This document shows positions 62,347 through 64,000 of a stretch of 64,000 nt of DNA, piece after piece. The DNA comes from Sedimentisphaerales bacterium (GTDB lineage: Bacteria; Planctomycetota; Phycisphaerae; Sedimentisphaerales; SM23-30). Position 1 is the first letter of the stretch. Each line of letters opens with the position of its first letter. The stretch lies in the NCBI GenBank assembly GCA_963663965.2, contig CAXXFK010000006.1, forward strand, positions 32,001 to 96,000. The letters are read 5' to 3'. The position numbers were made by a program, and so were the translations under genes. The notes beneath the pieces are model-generated. The model was not told the origin of the DNA. It did not search any database and saw only the letters and a list, made by a program, of their open reading frames with translations.

Positions 62347-63744
62347 TTGCAGAATGCCATACTTTTTATAATCGAAAGGCTTATCTTGAATTCCTTGCCT
62401 GTTAATCAATACGCCGCTGTCATGCTCGACTCCATCAACGAAGGGGTATTTACGGTGGACAGCGACTGGCGCATTACGACGTTTAATAAAGCCGCCGAGC
62501 GGATTACCGGCATAGCCCGGTCGGATGCCTATGGCAAATTATGCTGGGATGTCTTTCATGCGAGTCTCTGTGAGAAATCCTGCGCGCTGAAACAAACCAT
62601 GGCATCCGGCAAACCGGTTATCAATGCCCTCGCCCATGTCATCGATATTCATGGCAAACGAATCCCCATACGGTTGTCCACTGCTCTGTTAAAAGATCCG
62701 CAGGGCCGTGTGATTGGTGGGGTAGAGACCTTTCAGGACCTGAGTCAGGTTGAGCAATTGCAGAAGGAATTACATGCCCAATATTCCTGTGAAGATATTC
62801 TGGGTCGCAGTCCGGAAATGCGAAAGCTGTTTGAAATCCTGCCGCAAGTGGCCGAAAGTTCCAGCACGGTACTGATTGAAGGGGCCAGTGGAACCGGTAA
62901 AGAGCTTTTTGCCCGCGCCCTGCACAACCTGTCCCCGCGCAAGTCGGGCCGGTTTGTGGCGGTCAATTGTGCCGCCTTACCCGATTCTTTACTCGAAAGC
63001 GAATTATTCGGTTATAAAGCGGGCGCCTTTACCGATGCCCGCAAGGATAAACCGGGGCGGTTTCTGCTGGCCCAACACGGCACGATCTTTCTGGATGAGA
63101 TCGGTGATATTTCGCCGGCCATGCAAGTCAGATTACTGCGCGTATTGCAGGAACGCGAAATCGAACCGCTGGGGGCGACCCAAACCATTCCCGTGGATGT
63201 ACGCGTTATTGCCGCTACCAATAAAAATCTGTACCATCTGGTCCGCAAAGGCAAGTTCCGGGATGACCTCTATTATCGCATTCGCGTGGTTGCGCTAAAA
63301 CTACCACCCCTCTGCCGGCGTCGGGAGGATATCCCCATGCTGGTGGATCATTTGGTGGATAAATTCCGCCACCTCCACAATAAAGATATAGTCGGCGTTT
63401 CCAATGAAGTCCTGGCCATTTTAATGAATCATGATTTCCCCGGCAATATCCGGGAACTGGAAAATATTATCGAACAGGGATTCGTCTTGTGCCAGAGTGG
63501 TTTCATCCAGACCCGGCATCTGCCTCCCGAACTGCGCGGATCCGATCAAAATCCGACCGGCGACCTGCACCCCATGTCATTACGCGCGATGGAAAAACAC
63601 CTGATCACCGAATCCCTCCGCCGCCACAACGGCAAACGCTCACTGGCCGCCCGCGAACTCGATATCGATCCCAGCACTCTTTATCGTAAAATGAAAAGTT
63701 ATGCCATCGAGTTCCCGGCTGGGAATAACAACTCAAACCCGTGA
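62347..63744 (+). CDS. PAS-domain sigma54-dependent transcriptional activator (Fis HTH)
   Basis: PAS, GASGTGKE, GAFTDA, FLDEIG, PGNIRELEN, C-terminal HTH; exact start uncertain. Confidence 0.93.
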   Translation: MQNAILFIIERLILNSLPVNQYAAVMLDSINEGVFTVDSDWRITTFNKAAERITGIARSDAYGKLCWDVFHASLCEKSCALKQTMASGKPVINALAHVIDIHGKRIPIRLSTALLKDPQGRVIGGVETFQDLSQVEQLQKELHAQYSCEDILGRSPEMRKLFEILPQVAESSSTVLIEGASGTGKELFARALHNLSPRKSGRFVAVNCAALPDSLLESELFGYKAGAFTDARKDKPGRFLLAQHGTIFLDEIGDISPAMQVRLLRVLQEREIEPLGATQTIPVDVRVIAATNKNLYHLVRKGKFRDDLYYRIRVVALKLPPLCRRREDIPMLVDHLVDKFRHLHNKDIVGVSNEVLAILMNHDFPGNIRELENIIEQGFVLCQSGFIQTRHLPPELRGSDQNPTGDLHPMSLRAMEKHLITESLRRHNGKRSLAARELDIDPSTLYRKMKSYAIEFPAGNNNSNP

Positions 63745-64000
63745 TTATGTCTGCGGTAATTATGCTGATACAACGTGACCAGACACACCTGACCGAAAAA
63801 CATGTCATTAGCGTTTTAACCGGATATCGTTTGTGATGAAATGGCATTTTGCGCCCGGCAAAACGCTTCCTTAAAAAGTTGGAGATTACGGGCTGGATCT
63901 TGTTTATAGGAAATAATACGGAGCGACCTGTTGCCTTCGATCCCTTTGAGAAAATAACAGTTTTTAACATGAACCTTAAAAAATGGTCGGGCGAAGTCCG

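Noticed and set aside
1..64000. CRISPR arrays, tRNA/rRNA genes, IS elements, integrases
   Set aside because: No repeat-spacer periodicity, cloverleaf, or transposase/integrase motifs recognised by eye.

Overview
64 kb of bacterial chromosome, most likely Planctomycetota (Phycisphaerae/Sedimentisphaerales-like). This is inferred from LamG/Ig surface proteins with C-terminal dockerin-like motifs, three prepilin-type/H-X9-DG proteins, a PEP-CTERM protein and a Tat sulfatase. The left half is mostly housekeeping: xseB, xylA, a UvrD/PcrA helicase, guaB, two tandem ilvB genes plus ilvN and ilvC, and a GroES-like gene. The right half is accessory. It holds an ABC transporter next to a PEP-CTERM gene, a pilin-like gene, a secreted EEP-family nuclease-like gene and a repeat-domain gene, then GH43 and GH92 glycosidases and a sigma54-controlled NifX-like/DUF5320/thioesterase/radical SAM operon. 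The standout is a 7-gene minus-strand cluster (about 49.9-56.8 kb) that looks like a RiPP system: a PqqD/RRE protein, a radical SAM/SPASM enzyme, a Cys-x-Cys-repeat precursor peptide, a TPR membrane protein, a B12-dependent radical SAM enzyme and a pair of U32 (UbiU/UbiV-like) proteins. Several genes are broken by single-base indels, mostly in homopolymers, which suggests long-read assembly errors. No rRNA, tRNA, CRISPR array or transposase was recognised. All family calls come from motif recognition by eye, not database searches.
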